DNA of 33,241 nt from Thermoplasmatota archaeon (GCA_041566495.1 JBFGSX010000001.1:1-33241); one strand, 5' to 3'. Shown: positions 23,148-31,029, counted from the stretch's first letter. The notes: a model not told the origin generated them from the sequence alone. A program made the numbers and translations.

Positions 23148-24692
23148 TCAGCGGCGCGTCGGGGCCTTGAAGCGCCAGTCTTCAGCCGGGCGAGGCATGA
23201 GGGGGCGACCGCTGAGGCGGACGCGACCTAGGGTCTCGCAGAGTTGCTCGATGCGGTCGGCGGGGACTTCGACGACGCACATCTTCTCGAGGATGTCGAT
23301 GCGTCCGACGTCTTCGCCGCGCAAGCCGCCGGCGTTGGTGAGGACACCGACGATGGCTCCGGGGCTGACGTTGTCCATCTTGCCGACCTTGAGTGCGAGA
23401 GCACTGGGGCTATTGGAGACGGGGGCTTGGACCTCGGGGACCGGGATCATGAGAGCCTCGATGGCGCGCATGGCGATGTCCTCTGCGTCCATGCCGTCGG
23501 CGATGGCCTGCTTGAATGCTGCGATGGCGCCCTCGCTGGGTTCCTTGTCGCCAAGGGAGGCGATGACGCGGTTGCTGCGGATCGTGGCCAGTTCGGCTTC
23601 GTCGGGGAGGACGTATTGCTCGAGTTTGCCCACCGCGCGGCGCACGGCACCGAGGCGGTTGACCTTGCCAGGTCCGATGAAGACGATGCTGGCACCACTG
23701 CGACCGGCACGACCAGTGCGGCCGATGCGGTGGATGTAGGTGTCCACGTCGCCGGCCGGTTCATCGTGCAGGACGATGTCGATCTCATTGACGTCAAGGC
23801 CACGGGCAGCCACGTCGGTGGCGACCAGCAATTCGGCCTTGCCTTCGCGGAAGCGCTTCATGACACCGTCGCGCTGGGGTTGGCCCATGCCACCGTGCAA
23901 GGCTTCTGCCTTCAGGTGTTGTAGCTCGTTGACGAGTTCTTCGACGCGGGCGCGGGTGCGGGCGAAGAGCAGCGTGGCGCGAGGGTTCTCGGCTTCGATG
24001 ATCTTCTGCACGGCGTCTGCACGGTCACGGCCGGCGACGATGGCGTAGCCTTGGCGGATGTCCGGGGCAGCACCGGCACCCATGCGGATGGTGACGGGGT
24101 CGACGAGGGTCTTCTTGGCTAGCTTCTCGATCTGTGGGGCCAGGGTGGCGGTGAACAGGACCGTCTGGCGTTCCTTGGGAAGCGCGGCGACGATCTGGTC
24201 GAGTTCATCCGCGAAGCCCATGCTGAGCATCTCGTCGGCTTCGTCGAGCACGAACATGGACATCTCGCGCAGGTCGAGGGTGCCGCGACCCAAGTGGTCG
24301 ATGACACGACCAGGGGTGGCGACGAGGATGGCGTTGGGGTGGCGTTGCAGGGCCCGGGCCTGGTCACCGAAAGGAGCGCCGCCGATGAGACAGATGACGT
24401 CCACGGGGCTGCCCTTGCCGATGGCCTGCAGTTCCTGTTGGACCTGCTTGGCCAGTTCGCGCGTCGGGGCGAGAACAAGGCCGCGGCGGCCTTCACGGGA
24501 CGCCTCGATGAGGGGTACGCCGAAGGCGGCGGTCTTGCCGGTACCGGTCTTGGCCTGACCGATCAGGTCACGGCCTTCGAGCAGTGCGGGGATGGCTTCT
24601 CCCTGGATGGGAGTGGTTTCGGTGAAACCCATGGCCTCGAGGGCCGCTAGGGTCTTCTCATTGAGCGGAAGGTCCGCGAATCGGATTTTCAT
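23148..24692 (-). CDS. deaD: DEAD-box ATP-dependent RNA helicase, DeaD/CsdA-type with C-terminal DbpA-like RNA-binding domain
   Basis: Q motif TPIQ, motif I AKTGTGKT, II DEAD, III SAT, VI HRIGRTGRAG. The C-terminal LKVGKMDNVSPGAIVGVLTNAGGLRGEDVGRIDILEKMCVVEVP resembles the DbpA/DeaD RRM-like domain. The start ATG overlaps the upstream helicase stop (ATGA at 24689-24692). Confidence 0.95.
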   Translation of the reverse strand: MKIRFADLPLNEKTLAALEAMGFTETTPIQGEAIPALLEGRDLIGQAKTGTGKTAAFGVPLIEASREGRRGLVLAPTRELAKQVQQELQAIGKGSPVDVICLIGGAPFGDQARALQRHPNAILVATPGRVIDHLGRGTLDLREMSMFVLDEADEMLSMGFADELDQIVAALPKERQTVLFTATLAPQIEKLAKKTLVDPVTIRMGAGAAPDIRQGYAIVAGRDRADAVQKIIEAENPRATLLFARTRARVEELVNELQHLKAEALHGGMGQPQRDGVMKRFREGKAELLVATDVAARGLDVNEIDIVLHDEPAGDVDTYIHRIGRTGRAGRSGASIVFIGPGKVNRLGAVRRAVGKLEQYVLPDEAELATIRSNRVIASLGDKEPSEGAIAAFKQAIADGMDAEDIAMRAIEALMIPVPEVQAPVSNSPSALALKVGKMDNVSPGAIVGVLTNAGGLRGEDVGRIDILEKMCVVEVPADRIEQLCETLGRVRLSGRPLMPRPAEDWRFKAPTRR

Positions 24693-26008
24693 GCGCGCCT
24701 CTGGGTGCGTTGGCCGGTACGCGGGGCACGGGAGCCCCCGCCTTGGGTCCGGCGTTGTTGGTTGCCGCCGGCGGAGCCTGCGGGCTTGTAGCGGCGGCGC
24801 GGGTTGCTTTGTGCGCCTTGGTTGCCACTTTGTTTCTGTTGGACGACGGGTTGGTTCGGGGCGACCTTGGGGTCGGGCCCGTCAGGTGCCGCCGATTCGT
24901 CCATCTCCACGTCCATGTGGGGGACCTGCTTGCCGATGTGGTGTTGGATCGCCTTGAAGTCCTTGACCTCGTCCGATTGGACAAAGGTGAAGGCGCGTCC
25001 TGCGGCGCCGTTGCGGGCCGTGCGGCCCACGCGGTGCACGTAGGAGTCTTCGTCGGGCAGGTCGAAGTTGACCACATGCGTCACGCCCTGGACATCGAGG
25101 CCGCGAGCGGCGACATCGGTGGCGACCAGGAGACGGGCGGAGCCGTCACGGAAGGCGGTCATGGCGCGTTCGCGCTGACCTTGGGTCATGTTGCCTTGGA
25201 GGGCGACGGAGGACCAGCCCTTGCTCACGAGTTTGATCGCGAGGCGCTTGGCCAGGTGCTTGGTACGGGTGAAGACCACGGCACGGGCAGGTTGCTCGTC
25301 GTGGAGCAAGTGCAGCAAGGCGCTGGTCTTCAGGGGTTTCTCGACGCGGGTGTGGAACTGTTCCGCTTGGGGGACAGTCGCTTCGCCGTCATCGACGGCG
25401 ATGTGCACGGCGTCGTTGGTGAACTCGTTGACGAGTTTCTGGACCTCTGCCGGGAACGTGGCGCTGAAGAGCGCCGTCTGGCGTTGGCGAGGCACCATGC
25501 GTTCCAGTTTGCGCATGTCGCGCACGAAGCCCATGTCGAGCATGCGGTCGGCTTCATCCAGGACCCAGACCTTGACGTTGGACAGGTCCGCGGCGCCGCG
25601 CTCGATCAGGTCGAGGAGACGACCGGGGCATGCCACGATGATCTTGGCGCCTTTCTTGTCCAGGTCGGACAGTTGTTTGCCGAAGCCGACGCCGCCATAG
25701 ACGGAGACGATGCTGAGGGAGCTGGCCTTGGAGAGGTCGGTCAGGACCTCTGCCACTTGTAGGGCCAGTTCTCGGGTCGGTAGCAGGATCAGGCCGACGA
25801 TGCCGCTGTGCTCGTCGCGCAGGGCGTCGACCATAGGGATGCCGAAGGCAGCCGTCTTTCCGGTTCCAGTCCTTGCTTGACCGACCACGTCCCGGCCTTT
25901 CAGCATCGGAGGGATGGCTTGTGCTTGGATGGGCGTGGGCGTCTCGTAGCCCATGGCGACGATAGCATCCAATGTGCCATCGTTGATAGTAAACTCTTCA
26001 AATTTCAT
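24689..26008 (-). CDS. rhlE: DEAD-box ATP-dependent RNA helicase, RhlE-type with basic low-complexity tail
   Basis: TPIQ, ARTGTGKT, DEAD, SAT and HRVGRTARNG are present. The C-terminal tail is rich in R, G, Q and N (QSGNQGAQSNPRRRYKPAGSAGGNQQRRTQGGGSRAPRTGQRTQRRA). Confidence 0.95.
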   Translation of the reverse strand: MKFEEFTINDGTLDAIVAMGYETPTPIQAQAIPPMLKGRDVVGQARTGTGKTAAFGIPMVDALRDEHSGIVGLILLPTRELALQVAEVLTDLSKASSLSIVSVYGGVGFGKQLSDLDKKGAKIIVACPGRLLDLIERGAADLSNVKVWVLDEADRMLDMGFVRDMRKLERMVPRQRQTALFSATFPAEVQKLVNEFTNDAVHIAVDDGEATVPQAEQFHTRVEKPLKTSALLHLLHDEQPARAVVFTRTKHLAKRLAIKLVSKGWSSVALQGNMTQGQRERAMTAFRDGSARLLVATDVAARGLDVQGVTHVVNFDLPDEDSYVHRVGRTARNGAAGRAFTFVQSDEVKDFKAIQHHIGKQVPHMDVEMDESAAPDGPDPKVAPNQPVVQQKQSGNQGAQSNPRRRYKPAGSAGGNQQRRTQGGGSRAPRTGQRTQRRA

Positions 26009-26011
26009 GCG

Positions 26012-26102
26012 GAACCCGCGTCGCGCGGGATTGTCCGGAGTGCCCGAAGGCAGTCACGGGCCTCCGCGCTATCACCAGCCTCTCCGGCTAACTACTATAG
26101 GG
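26012..26102 (-). promoter_or_regulatory. promoter and about 60-nt structured leader of the rhlE-deaD helicase operon
   Basis: The palindromic CTATAG (26095-26100) is the only TATA-like element and lies about 88 nt upstream of ATG 26008, so this unit is not leaderless. A GC-only hairpin, CCCGCG-tcg-CGCGGG (26015-26029), ends 6 nt before the start codon. Confidence 0.4.
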
Positions 26103-26188
26103 TTGCGGTCGCGCAGATAGTGCCCGCCACAGCCACATACGGCGCCCGCAGGGCCGCAGGTGAACCTGTCCACCCTCCTGTGGTGAGG

Positions 26189-26195
26189 CTTATAC
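26189..26195 (+). promoter_or_regulatory. TATA-like box (CTTATAC) of the heme-oxygenase-like gene
   Basis: About 30 nt upstream of ATG 26222. A small hairpin ACGGAG-accc-CTCCGT (26194-26209) follows. Confidence 0.4.
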
Positions 26196-26221
26196 GGAGA
26201 CCCCTCCGTGGACCGTTTAGC

Positions 26222-27019
26222 ATGTCCGACTTCAAGGAGTTCCAGAACAAGGTCAACGACATCGTGCTCAATCACCCCGTCGTGACGAACAACGAATACT
26301 GCAAGTGGGTCGCCGAAGGCAAGATGACCACCGAGGACGTCAAGGACCTCACCATCCAGTTCAGTGTGTTCTCCCACTACTTCATCCAGGCTCAGTTGCT
26401 GAAGTGCTTCAGCGCCCAGACCCTGGAGCAGTACCGCTCCGGCAAGGAGATCCTGATGAACGAGCTTGGCGTGTCCTTCACCAAGCCCGGCGCCACCGAG
26501 TCGGACGACCCCAACGCCGTCCCCACCGAGGGCACTGTCCAGGGCGGCAAGTACCGCCACACCGCTGCCCACTTCGAGTGGCTCCTGAAGTTCGCCGAAC
26601 CCCTTGGGCTAGGCTTCAACGAGATCGGCAAGTGGAACATGGGCAACGAAGGCACCCACGCTTTCTGCAATGGTCTCAACGAATGGTACGGCAACCCCGA
26701 CCCCTGTGTCGGTGCCGGCGCCAGCTACGCCGTCGAGAACTGGGCCGCCGCGGGCTTCTGGAAGCAGCTCATCGCTGGCATCGAAGCGTACAACGAGTCC
26801 TCCGGGGCCAAGCTGAACCTCGGCTTCTGGAAGTGGCACGACATGGTCGAAGACCAGCACGCCGCCCACACCCACGAGGAACTGGAGGAGGACTTCGAAG
26901 AGCCCTGGTTCAACGAAGCCAAGTACCTCGAGGGCGCCACCCACATCCTTGACCGCGTGCAGCAATTCTGGGACGGCCTCAACGAGAGCCGCCTGGCCCG
27001 CCACACCGTCACCGCCTAA
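26222..27019 (+). CDS. heme-oxygenase-like fold (Haem_oxygenase_2 / iron-containing redox enzyme) family protein, candidate di-iron oxidase
   Basis: All-helical 265-aa protein. NEYCKWVAEGKMT.EDVKDLTIQFSVFSHYF, ILMNELGV, HTAAHFEWLLKFAEPLGL, YAVENWAAAGFW and WHDMVEDQHAAHTHEE give E / ExxH-type pairs typical of this superfamily. ATG at 26222 lies about 30 nt after CTTATAC (26189-26195). Confidence 0.7.
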   Translation: MSDFKEFQNKVNDIVLNHPVVTNNEYCKWVAEGKMTTEDVKDLTIQFSVFSHYFIQAQLLKCFSAQTLEQYRSGKEILMNELGVSFTKPGATESDDPNAVPTEGTVQGGKYRHTAAHFEWLLKFAEPLGLGFNEIGKWNMGNEGTHAFCNGLNEWYGNPDPCVGAGASYAVENWAAAGFWKQLIAGIEAYNESSGAKLNLGFWKWHDMVEDQHAAHTHEELEEDFEEPWFNEAKYLEGATHILDRVQQFWDGLNESRLARHTVTA

Positions 27020-27039
27020 GCCGCTGAGCTTACGCGTCA

Positions 27040-27070
27040 CCTTTTTTCCCCTCCCCCCTCTTTTCTCCTT
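27040..27070 (+). terminator. polypyrimidine / oligo-T termination region downstream of the heme-oxygenase-like gene
   Basis: A 31-nt uninterrupted C/T run containing T6 (27042-27047) and T4 (27061-27064), starting 21 nt after the stop codon. Confidence 0.5.
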
Positions 27071-27457
27071 GTGGGCCCCGATATCACCTTGGTGGCCATC
27101 TTCGCTCTTGGCGGCCTAGCGATCGGGCTCTTGACCTGCTTCGTCGGCCTCACCAAGGGACAGGAATTCACCAGCTGGCTCGCCCTGTACGGGTTCATCG
27201 TCACGGCGACGACGCTGTTGGGCACCCAATCCCCGTTCTGGACTGTCCTTACCTCCGCCTTGGTGGCCAACACCGTGGCCGCGGTGGTGCAGATCCTGCT
27301 GCTACCCAAGTATCGGGCAAGCAACCCATGGTATGCCGACGAGTTGGATCGCCCCATCCACCACACGGCCGGTTGGCTGACAGGGTTCGCCTTGTTCGAG
27401 GGGGGCTTGTTCGGCGTCATCGCCGCCTCATTGGCCTGGAGCCTGTCGTTGTTATGA
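27071..27457 (+). CDS. hypothetical small membrane protein (about 4 TM)
   Basis: Hydrophobic segments are ITLVAIFALGGLAIGLLTCFVGL, WLALYGFIVTATTLLG, FWTVLTSALVANTVAAVVQILLL and LTGFALFEGGLFGVIAASLAWSLSL. GTG start. No family recognised. Confidence 0.55.
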   Translation: MGPDITLVAIFALGGLAIGLLTCFVGLTKGQEFTSWLALYGFIVTATTLLGTQSPFWTVLTSALVANTVAAVVQILLLPKYRASNPWYADELDRPIHHTAGWLTGFALFEGGLFGVIAASLAWSLSLL

Positions 27458-27494
27458 CAGACGCTTCAAGAAGCAGGAGCAGCCTGGGCCGATT

Positions 27495-28793
27495 ATGCGC
27501 TGGATTGCCCTGTTGTTGATCGGCGTCACCCTGGCTGGGTGCGCCGACGTCCAAGACCTTCCCCCGGTGGCCTCTGAGCCAGACCAGGCGGAGCCGCTGT
27601 TGAGGTTCTCCCCCGCATTGGATCTTGGTTCCAAGGCAGGCCCCATGGACCTCGGTGTCGGTGGCTTCGGCACCAGTTGCCAAGACTCCGTGGACGACGG
27701 TGACTGTGGCCTGGGAGAACCCTCCATCGAGGTGGACGGCGCTGGCACGATCTACGTCACGGGCGTCTGCTGCCTCACCACGGCCCCGCCGGTGTATGTG
27801 AGCCGCGACGGTGGGGAGACCTTCCAGACTCTGGACACCCCGGGCGTCCGGGAGGCATTCGGTGTCGAAGGGGACTTCGCCATCGATGAAGAGGGCCGCG
27901 TGTACTATGCCGACATCGAGGTCGCGGGCACCTTCCAAGTGACCGTCTGGGATGCTGAGGGCAATTACCTGCACCACACCAAGTGGCCAGCCCCACCCCT
28001 GGTGGACCGTGACTGGATCCGCGCCGAAGGGGATGGCACGGCATACTACGTCTACAACACGGGAGCCATGGGCACCCGCGTCTACAAGTCCACGGACCAT
28101 GGCTTGACCTGGACCCCGGACGCCATCAAGGTCGTCCCCTACGCCCTGGGCAACGTCGCAATCGACCCCGGCGTCGAACTCTGCCTGTTCGGTGGCAACA
28201 TGGGGGGCATGCGCAGTGTCGACTGCAGCCGTGACGGCGGCGCCACCTGGACCAATGAAGCGTCCTCCATGCCAGTCGGCGGCAACGACACATACCCCGT
28301 CGGCGCCTACGATGAGGCGGGCAACCTTTGGCTTGCTGAGACCCAGAACATCGAGGGCGGCCAAGAGATCGCAGTCACCTGGCGGGACACCAACGGCACC
28401 TGGCACGAGCCCTACACCATCAGCCCCAAGGGCACCCACCGCATGCCTTGGCTGGCAGCGGGCACCGAGGGCGGTGTCGCAGTGGCATGGTACGGCGCTG
28501 AGGACCCCAGCGGCGACTGGTTCATGCACGTGGGCGCCACGACCGATGGCTTTGCGGGCAACCAGACGTGGGACGTCCAGGTAGCGGACCCGATTCCCGT
28601 GTTCCAAGGCAGCCTTGGCCGAGACCTCCTGGATTTCCTGCAAGTGGACATCGGCCCGGATGGTAGCGTCCACGTGGCGTACAGCCGCCTGCCTGGCACC
28701 CCCGGCCAGGACGGCAACGAGGAGCAATTGATCTACGTCCGCTCGGAGCCGATCCCGGCACTGGCCATGGATGAGTTCTGGCTCGGACCCTGA
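27495..28793 (+). CDS. lipoprotein with BNR/Asp-box repeats (second copy type in the window)
   Basis: MRWIALLLIGVTLAGCAD is a lipobox signal peptide. Asp-boxes are SRDGGETF, STDHGLTW and SRDGGATW, with beta-propeller-like repeats of W/Y-rich strands. Confidence 0.8.
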   Translation: MRWIALLLIGVTLAGCADVQDLPPVASEPDQAEPLLRFSPALDLGSKAGPMDLGVGGFGTSCQDSVDDGDCGLGEPSIEVDGAGTIYVTGVCCLTTAPPVYVSRDGGETFQTLDTPGVREAFGVEGDFAIDEEGRVYYADIEVAGTFQVTVWDAEGNYLHHTKWPAPPLVDRDWIRAEGDGTAYYVYNTGAMGTRVYKSTDHGLTWTPDAIKVVPYALGNVAIDPGVELCLFGGNMGGMRSVDCSRDGGATWTNEASSMPVGGNDTYPVGAYDEAGNLWLAETQNIEGGQEIAVTWRDTNGTWHEPYTISPKGTHRMPWLAAGTEGGVAVAWYGAEDPSGDWFMHVGATTDGFAGNQTWDVQVADPIPVFQGSLGRDLLDFLQVDIGPDGSVHVAYSRLPGTPGQDGNEEQLIYVRSEPIPALAMDEFWLGP

Positions 28794-28891
28794 TCGCGCG
28801 GGCAGGCGCGGACGCCACGTGCAGGCGATGGCGGCCATCACCCGCCGACCGGCGGCGCAAGGGTTTGGTGTGATGGGCGTGATGCGAACCT

Positions 28892-29218
28892 GTGGCTTCG
28901 CTGGATCGCTTCCGTGCCTGGATGAACGACCGGCGTCGCAACGACACCTTGGTCGATGCCTGGAGCGGCGTCCATCTCGTCACCGGCATCTGGATGGGAT
29001 GGGTCATGGATCCGTTCGTGGCCCTGCTGATCCTGGTGCTCTGGGAGCCGTTCGAGATCTTGATCCTGAGCCCCTTGGCGGACCGTTTCCTTGGTATCGA
29101 GTTCGGGTTCGAGAGCCTGCGCAACTCATTGTCGGATATGACGTTCGACGCCTTGGGCGTCGCGATGGGGTTCTGGTTGTTGGCTGCCTTCGTCGACCCG
29201 CCGTTCATGTTGTTCTAA
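28892..29218 (+). CDS. hypothetical small membrane protein
   Basis: 108-aa ORF with hydrophobic helices (VHLVTGIWMGWVMDPFVALLILVLW and ALGVAMGFWLLAAF). GTG at 28892 or ATG at 28921 as start. No family recognised. Confidence 0.5.
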   Translation: MASLDRFRAWMNDRRRNDTLVDAWSGVHLVTGIWMGWVMDPFVALLILVLWEPFEILILSPLADRFLGIEFGFESLRNSLSDMTFDALGVAMGFWLLAAFVDPPFMLF

Positions 29219-29673
29219 TCGACAAACGGGCAGGCGGCGATCTCGCCTCGGGTGCGCACGTGCATCAGTGATAGGGCAGCTGTGTGCACGGCCCAGACAC
29301 CGAAGAGGCTGACCCAGAACAACCAGGATGCAAGGCCGGCTTGTAGGCCCTTGGCGACCCATGCCAGCATGGTGACGAAGAACACCAAGCCTCCGATGCG
29401 GATCCACAGACCGCGGCGGGTGGGTGCGAGGTGGTCTCGGCGCAGACCCCATGCAAAGACCGCGATGCCCGCCACGTGGACGGCCACGAGGAAGGCTAGG
29501 TACAGGGTGGCGGCTGCTTCGTGTTGCCATGCAAGGATGGGCACGACGAGCAGTGTCGTCATCGCCAGGAGGGTGGTCTTCCACCAGAACTTTGCGCGTT
29601 CGCCGAAGACCAGGCGGCGGGGCTCGTCCATGTCACGGGCATCCGCAGGCCACAGTTCCAGGACCTCATCCAT
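29215..29673 (-). CDS. hypothetical membrane protein (about 4 TM)
   Basis: 152 aa with TTLLAMTTLLVVPILAW, ATLYLAFLVAVHVAGIAVFAW, IGGLVFFVTMLAWV and WLFWVSLFGVWAVHTAALSL. ATG at 29673 lies about 23-26 nt from the A/T box at 29693-29706. Confidence 0.6.
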   Translation of the reverse strand: MDEVLELWPADARDMDEPRRLVFGERAKFWWKTTLLAMTTLLVVPILAWQHEAAATLYLAFLVAVHVAGIAVFAWGLRRDHLAPTRRGLWIRIGGLVFFVTMLAWVAKGLQAGLASWLFWVSLFGVWAVHTAALSLMHVRTRGEIAACPFVD

Positions 29674-29692
29674 GCGGCTTCAGAGCCCGGAC

Positions 29693-29706
29693 CAGATAAA
29701 AGTTTA
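29693..29706. promoter_or_regulatory. single A/T-rich element (GATAAAAGTTTAG) centred between two divergent start codons; candidate bidirectional TATA box
   Basis: It is the only A/T-rich stretch in the 53-bp gap between ATG 29673 (minus) and GTG 29727 (plus), about 23-26 nt from one and about 28 nt from the other. Confidence 0.45.
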
Positions 29707-29726
29707 GCCGGGGCTAAACCGTTCGG

Positions 29727-30809
29727 GTGGGGGGTGCCCCTGTGGCCAGCCACCCCGACAACCCACGCGCGTTGCTCGGCTGGCGGCTTCCACCATGTGG
29801 CCCCGTGACAGGGCCCGAACGTGACCGGGCCGCTTATGCGAGGCCACCCCCGTGCGACGGCATCAACATCCACCACGAACACCAGGCTCCGCCCCAGCGG
29901 CACCGCAGCTACGGGCGCAACATCCTCATCGCCTTGATCGCCAGCGGCAGCGTGTTCTTTGCGGAGTTGTGGGCCGCCATCCGCACCGGCAGCCTGGGCC
30001 TCTTGGCCGACGCCGGCCATCTCCTGGTGGACCTGTCAGGCCTGCTATTGGCATACTTCGCCTTGCGGATCGCCAGCCGCCCCGCCGATCCACAGGCCAC
30101 CTTCGGATACGCCCGAGCAGAGGTCCTGTCTGCAGCCATCAATGGCCTGCTGATCGTGGCGATCGCCATCGGCATCGTCTTCCGCGCCATCTACAGGCTG
30201 AGCTCGCCATTGGAGAGCCTCGATACAGACCTCGTCTTGATCGTGGCCACCCTGGGCCTGGTCGCCAACGTGGTCGCGGCACTGTTGTTGCACCGGGACG
30301 CAGAGGAGAGCATCAACACGAAGGGCGCATTCCTCAACGTCATGGGCGACGCGCTCGCCAGCGTGGGCGTCATCATCGCCACCATGGCCGTCCGCTTCAC
30401 CGGCGACACCCGGTATGACACCTTGATCTCGTTCGTCGTGGCCGGCATCATCGTCGTCGCAGCGTGGGGGTTGCTGCGGGGGGCGGTCGCCATCCTCCTG
30501 GAACGGGCCCCACCACACCTGCAACCTGAGGACATCAAGCGCTCCGTGGAAGGTCTAGACGACGTGGTGAACGTGCACGACCTGCACGTCTGGACACTGA
30601 CGCCGGGCAACCACAGCCTCAGCATGCATGTCAGCATCACGAGGGAATCGGCTGCGCGCTTCCAGGAGGTCACCAAAGACATCGAAGACCTGCTGCTGGA
30701 ACGCTTTGGCCTGGCACACTGCACGATCCAGGTGGAGCCTGAGGGGGAGGATGAAGTATCGGACGTCTACGATCCGTTCCAACAGAGCGGGCCTACTCGT
30801 TCAGGGTAA
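29727..30809 (+). CDS. cation diffusion facilitator (CDF) family metal efflux transporter
   Basis: His-rich N-terminus (INIHHEH). TM2 is SLGLLADAGHLLVDL and TM5 is KGAFLNVMGDALASVGVI. TFGYARAEVL and the C-terminal VHDLHVWTL....L..HV cytoplasmic domain are also present. Start at GTG 29727 (about 28 nt after the A/T box) or GTG 29805. Confidence 0.9.
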   Translation: MGGAPVASHPDNPRALLGWRLPPCGPVTGPERDRAAYARPPPCDGINIHHEHQAPPQRHRSYGRNILIALIASGSVFFAELWAAIRTGSLGLLADAGHLLVDLSGLLLAYFALRIASRPADPQATFGYARAEVLSAAINGLLIVAIAIGIVFRAIYRLSSPLESLDTDLVLIVATLGLVANVVAALLLHRDAEESINTKGAFLNVMGDALASVGVIIATMAVRFTGDTRYDTLISFVVAGIIVVAAWGLLRGAVAILLERAPPHLQPEDIKRSVEGLDDVVNVHDLHVWTLTPGNHSLSMHVSITRESAARFQEVTKDIEDLLLERFGLAHCTIQVEPEGEDEVSDVYDPFQQSGPTRSG

Positions 30810-31029
30810 GGTAGCCTTCTTCTTCCTCAGCAACACCCTCCGGCTTGACCACGGTCATGGGCAGCGGGGCGAGGGTGAACAACATCCCCAACGGCAGCAG
30901 AATAGCGAACCAGAGGGGGGATTGGTGGTCGATGAGCATGATGGTGCTCGCAGCCACCGTCATGATCCCAGCGACCTTCGACAAGATCGTGACGCGCTTG
31001 TAGTCACTATCGGAGATGACCAGGGCCAT
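30793..31029 (-). CDS. hypothetical small membrane protein (78 aa, about 2 TM)
   Basis: VAGIMTVAASTIMLI and LWFAILLPLGMLFTLAPLP are hydrophobic helices. A clear CAAATAATG box (31049-31057) lies about 24 nt upstream of the ATG. The 3' end overlaps the CDF gene by 17 nt on the opposite strand. Confidence 0.45.
   Translation of the reverse strand: MALVISDSDYKRVTILSKVAGIMTVAASTIMLIDHQSPLWFAILLPLGMLFTLAPLPMTVVKPEGVAEEEEGYLTLNE

Noticed and set aside
24710-25762. 350-aa plus-strand ORF opposite rhlE; likewise 7161-8252 opposite paralog 2, 1770-2795 opposite the FKBP and lipoprotein genes, and 16572-17483 opposite pepN
   Set aside because: All are shadow ORFs antisense to genes with strong motif support. 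Their composition is biased and they show no motifs or signals.
27417-28841. 474-aa minus-strand ORF opposite the second Asp-box lipoprotein
   Set aside because: The plus-strand ORF has a lipobox signal peptide and Asp-box repeats. The antisense translation has no recognisable features.
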